Virus record (IMG/VR): IMGVR_UViG_3300045988_055839
Length of the DNA: 43,220 bases
From: a virus
Strand: one strand, 5' to 3'
Below, piece after piece: positions 40,339-43,220 of this stretch. The position numbers and the translations under genes were made by a program. Position 1 is the stretch's first letter. Every line of letters starts with the position of its first letter. Below the pieces are notes generated by a model that searched no databases, was not told the DNA's origin, and saw only the letters and a program-made list of their open reading frames with translations.

Positions 40339-40983
40339 CTATGACTTCCCATCCGGGTTATCATCTACAACAATTCCGTATACGTGATACATTTTTTCGA
40401 AGCTCGGCATTCCGCGTTGATGCGCGATCGTGTGGTGCGTCCTGCACAGGCAGATTTTCCGGTATCCAGAATCATCCACCCGCCGCCGGTCATTTCCCAT
40501 GCCTATTGTATCAACGTGGTGGATTTCTCCATCTTTCCCGCACACCGCGCATTTTCTGTGCTTGATGCACGCGTACAGGTACTTACCGACATCATCCGCG
40601 CGCTCTATTCCGCTGTCTGAGAGCGGTATTCCCTCTTTCAAGACGAAATCCATCACAAACGTAATGAAATCCCGTGCCGTCCCCATTGAACAGTCTGAAA
40701 GGGAAAAATACGGTTCTCCGGTCTCGATCATGTAATTGCATTTCATAATCTCTTTCATCTCCTCCGGGAGATAGCCCAACTCAATAGCTATATCCCGAAT
40801 GGTCGCGTATGCTTTCTTCCGCTGCAGATTGGAGATATGCCGCCCATCATCGAAACGCATTTCTGTATTCGTGATGGTTTTATTTTCAATTTCTTCTTTC
40901 AGCCTGCTTTTCGGTAGCCGCACTACAAGCCACGTATCGCCGTCTTTTTCCACGGATTTTACGATTTCAGCCAGAGCGTGCAT
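40339..40983 (-). CDS. HNH-type zinc-finger nuclease-domain protein (214 aa)
   Basis: C-terminal CAVCGKDGEIHHVDTIGMGNDRRR...ICLCRTHHTIAH. Positioned between ERF and the resolvase. Confidence 0.7.
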   Translation of the reverse strand: MHALAEIVKSVEKDGDTWLVVRLPKSRLKEEIENKTITNTEMRFDDGRHISNLQRKKAYATIRDIAIELGYLPEEMKEIMKCNYMIETGEPYFSLSDCSMGTARDFITFVMDFVLKEGIPLSDSGIERADDVGKYLYACIKHRKCAVCGKDGEIHHVDTIGMGNDRRRVDDSGYRKICLCRTHHTIAHQRGMPSFEKMYHVYGIVVDDNPDGKS

Positions 40984-41669
40984 TATGCATCACCCGTTGG
41001 CATCTCTACTGCATTCGGTGTCTTTTGTAATTTTTTCATTGCTTTGTTGTACTGCAGAATATTCAATTTTTCTAATGCATCGACTCCAAATAATGCAAAA
41101 ATCTGTTCTTTTCTCACACCGGTACGGCTTAATTCAGCGTTGATTCTGCGTACCATCTCCTCGTTAATTAATGATTTCCCTGCATCCGCAGTTGATTGTT
41201 CATTTGTTTTTCGTGCTTCTGGAGATTCTGCATCTGGATCGTCTACCATATCCGCCGTTGGAATGCAGAACACCTGGAAACATGCGTATTTGTAAGCAAT
41301 TGCCATTGCCTTATTGGTTGCCTTATCTCCTGTGTCCATTGCTTCTCCTACAATGGTCGATTCGACAAAGGAACCATCTTCCGCATAAAATGTGAATTTG
41401 ATTTTGCAGGTCACATAATGCATCATTGAACCGTTTTTTGTTTGCATTTCTTTCACATCTCGTTCCAGAATATTCGGGACAATTACCACCTTGTTTTTTG
41501 CCAAAGCAGGATGCAAAGCGTTGTAAACGTCGTCAACGCTCCGGAATTTAAAGCCCTGTTGCTTATTAACCTTGTCTTTCCCGACCGCTCCGACATCCGC
41601 GATCACGCCAGCAATCGAGCGGTAAATCATCGGGTAGTCTCTGCTTCTGTCAACCTCCACAGCTCCCAT
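40983..41669 (-). CDS. ERF-family single-strand annealing protein (228 aa)
   Basis: QGFKFRSVDDVYNALHPALAKNKVVIVP...GEAMDTGDKATNKAMAIAYKYACFQVFCIPT is the ERF core. Confidence 0.88.
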   Translation of the reverse strand: MGAVEVDRSRDYPMIYRSIAGVIADVGAVGKDKVNKQQGFKFRSVDDVYNALHPALAKNKVVIVPNILERDVKEMQTKNGSMMHYVTCKIKFTFYAEDGSFVESTIVGEAMDTGDKATNKAMAIAYKYACFQVFCIPTADMVDDPDAESPEARKTNEQSTADAGKSLINEEMVRRINAELSRTGVRKEQIFALFGVDALEKLNILQYNKAMKKLQKTPNAVEMPTGDA

Positions 41670-42631
41670 TATGCCTGTCTCCTCTCAAAATAGATTCCGA
41701 TGCTGTTAAAAGCAATTTCCACCTGTTCCAGCTCCTCCGGTGTAACAACAACCTTGTACCACATGGTAACCGTCTGCGGCTGCGGAAACGGCAGATCGTC
41801 GCCGTCCTCAGAATCATCGAGTGTAAAAGGTACTTCCGGTTCTTGCGCCGCCACTGTAGCAGCTTTCAGCGCTTCTTCCGCCTTTTTCCGTTCCTCTTCT
41901 CTTACTCTGGCGATTTCTTCGATTTTTTTTCGCTCTTCCTCCCGTGCTCTCTCAATCTCAGCCTGCCGACGCTGCTCCTCTTCCTGCTCGCGGCGGATGC
42001 GTTCCGCCTCCAATGCCCGCTTTTTGTTGTCCTCGTATGTATTAATCAGGGTAAGGGCGGCACCAAGGTCACGGCTCTTCTGATAGACCTGCAACGCATC
42101 TTCCACAACCTCAGACTGCGTATTGCTGATAATGCCGATCTCAGAAGCAACCTTTTCAGCCATCGCCAGAAGCTCTTTTTCGATCTGTTTCAGACTGGTG
42201 GTGGCGTTGTCCCACTTTTTCACATAGATCTCCTTGAGTGGCAGGTACTCCGCCCATTCACCGGCGCATTTTGCATACAGCGTCTCAACATCCCCATGGC
42301 GCTTGCGGATGCGCTCTGCCTCCATCTCTTTCAGCTGACTATCGATCATGCAGATCGGCTCGTCGATGATTTCAAGAAGCTCTTTTACCTTCTCCTCGAA
42401 GTCGTTGTAAGGCACTAGGCACTGCGCCTTTACTTCTTTCCGACGTTTCTCTACTTCTTCTCTGGTCTTCCGGAGAGACGCCAGTTCCGCCTTGGCCACG
42501 CTCTTAGATTCCTCAGTGAATACCGCTCCCTGATACTCCGCCATCTTTTCGGACAACTTAGCTTTCACATCCTCAAAGTTACACCGGATCACAGCCGGTT
42601 CCTGGCTAATTTCGATCTTTAATTCATTCAT
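41669..42631 (-). CDS. DUF1351-family protein (320 aa)
   Basis: N-terminal ...PAVIRCNFEDVKAKLSEKMAEYQGAVFTEESKSVAKAELASLRK... plus a charged coiled coil. The usual partner upstream of ERF/RecT genes in Gram-positive phages. Confidence 0.8.
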   Translation of the reverse strand: MNELKIEISQEPAVIRCNFEDVKAKLSEKMAEYQGAVFTEESKSVAKAELASLRKTREEVEKRRKEVKAQCLVPYNDFEEKVKELLEIIDEPICMIDSQLKEMEAERIRKRHGDVETLYAKCAGEWAEYLPLKEIYVKKWDNATTSLKQIEKELLAMAEKVASEIGIISNTQSEVVEDALQVYQKSRDLGAALTLINTYEDNKKRALEAERIRREQEEEQRRQAEIERAREEERKKIEEIARVREEERKKAEEALKAATVAAQEPEVPFTLDDSEDGDDLPFPQPQTVTMWYKVVVTPEELEQVEIAFNSIGIYFERRQA

Positions 42632-42818
42632 TTTCTTTTTCTCCTTCTTTTCTGTTTTCTTCTACTTTCTGCAATCCGAGAATCGCCGCGATTGTCTCAA
42701 CCTGCGGGAATTTTTCAGATTCCAGATACCGGCGTACTGCTTCGATATAGCAGCTTGCGCCGTCCTCGACTCCCTTTGATGTGCTTACATCCATTCCTGT
42801 GTATTCATACTTTTTCAT
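42624..42818 (-). CDS. Hypothetical protein (64 aa)
   Basis: Track ORF that overlaps both neighbours, so it is operon-coupled. Confidence 0.55.
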   Translation of the reverse strand: MKKYEYTGMDVSTSKGVEDGASCYIEAVRRYLESEKFPQVETIAAILGLQKVEENRKEGEKENE

Positions 42819-43220
42819 TCCTGTACCTCCACAAATTCTCCATTTTTCAGCGTGTAATAAGTGTTCTCTTTGATTTTTTCGCCGTCTACACGCTCTGTTT
42901 TTACGCAGATCGGCACATAGCGTCCTTTTTCTTCATCTTTCACCCATTCCGTAAGCGTGATCCAACTCCCCTTTTTTCCTTTTGCTTTTGATCTGCTGCC
43001 TGCGCACATAATCACAGCGTCTTCTCCGGTGCTGTTGATCTTCGCGTAGTCACCGGACGAGCCGATCTTCGCGGAGTTACCGGACGAGCCGATCTTCGCG
43101 GAGTCACCGGACGAGCCGATCTGCGCGGAGTTACCGGACGAGCCGATCCGCGCGTAGTAACCGGACGAGCCGATCTTCGCGTAGTAACCGGACGAGCCGA
43201 TCTGCGCGGAGTTACCGGAC
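42815..43220 (-). CDS. Nonapeptide-repeat protein, C-terminal part (continuation of the gene that starts at 474)
   Basis: The frame containing track ORF 42815..43015 stays open upstream to 43220. It reads SGNSAQIGS SGYYAKIGS SGYYARIGS SGNSAQIGS SGDSAKIGS SGNSAKIGS SGDYAKINS TGEDAVIMCAGSRSKAKGKKGSWITLTEWVKDEEKGRYVPICVKTERVDGEK.... Confidence 0.8.
   Translation of the reverse strand, partial: SGNSAQIGSSGYYAKIGSSGYYARIGSSGNSAQIGSSGDSAKIGSSGNSAKIGSSGDYAKINSTGEDAVIMCAGSRSKAKGKKGSWITLTEWVKDEEKGRYVPICVKTERVDGEKIKENTYYTLKNGEFVEVQE
43031..43220 (-). repeat. 27-bp tandem repeat (7 units), same family as 1-136
   Basis: Units at 43031, 43058, 43085, 43112, 43139, 43166 and 43193. The last 28 nt are identical to window positions 1-28, and 43112-43165 is identical to 1-54. 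Confidence 0.95.

Overview
The window is a complete temperate siphovirus-type phage genome of about 43.2 kb, from a Gram-positive, Clostridia-like host (AGGAGG-type ribosome binding sites). It is circularly permuted rather than an integrated prophage. The first and last 28 nt are identical, and one gene (a nonapeptide-repeat protein) starts at 474 on the minus strand, runs off position 1, and continues in frame from 43220 down to 42815. The ends also sit inside a 27-bp tandem repeat, so the repeat number is unresolved.

Organisation:
- Plus-strand lysogeny module, 4.3-7.6 kb: Xre-type regulator, HTH plus S24-peptidase CI-like repressor, zinc-ribbon/TM2 membrane protein, tyrosine integrase.
- attP, 7.59-7.88 kb, containing the 3' two-thirds of a tRNA-Lys(UUU) gene.
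- Everything else is on the minus strand. From a divergent operator/promoter switch at 4.15-4.29 kb it runs: small proteins, Bro-N/KilAC antirepressor, a RAMP-like protein, the repeat protein, then wraps around to DUF1351, ERF recombinase, HNH, PD-(D/E)XK resolvase, replisome organizer, small zinc-ribbon proteins, ImmA/IrrE peptidase, radical SAM plus DUF4417, TerL, portal, Hol118-like holin and gp7/MuF-like head protein.
- An unusual 9-gene island plus a structured RNA region follows at 24.9-29.2 kb.
- Then scaffold, major capsid, neck proteins, major tail, chaperones, tape measure, Dit-like, a tail protein with an S74 chaperone module, an SGNH-esterase fibre, a second tyrosine recombinase and the endolysin.
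- A self-contained two-gene moron lies next to attP.

No CRISPR array, rRNA, reverse transcriptase or transposase was seen.

Most interesting items:
- The non-canonical island that interrupts the head module: a BclA-C/C1q-like protein, a Cys-triplet coiled-coil membrane protein, a ferritin-like protein, a sigma-region-4-like regulator and a tRNA-like RNA.
- A solo Cas7/Csm3-like RAMP protein next to a 430-bp ORF-free region.
- A second tyrosine recombinase sitting at an AT-rich receptor-binding-module swap junction.
- A hairpin-plus-RBS motif conserved upstream of three structural genes.
- The promoter/terminator-bounded moron at attP.

All family assignments are motif recognition by eye and were not checked against any database. 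Coordinates of non-ORF features may be off by 1-2 nt.
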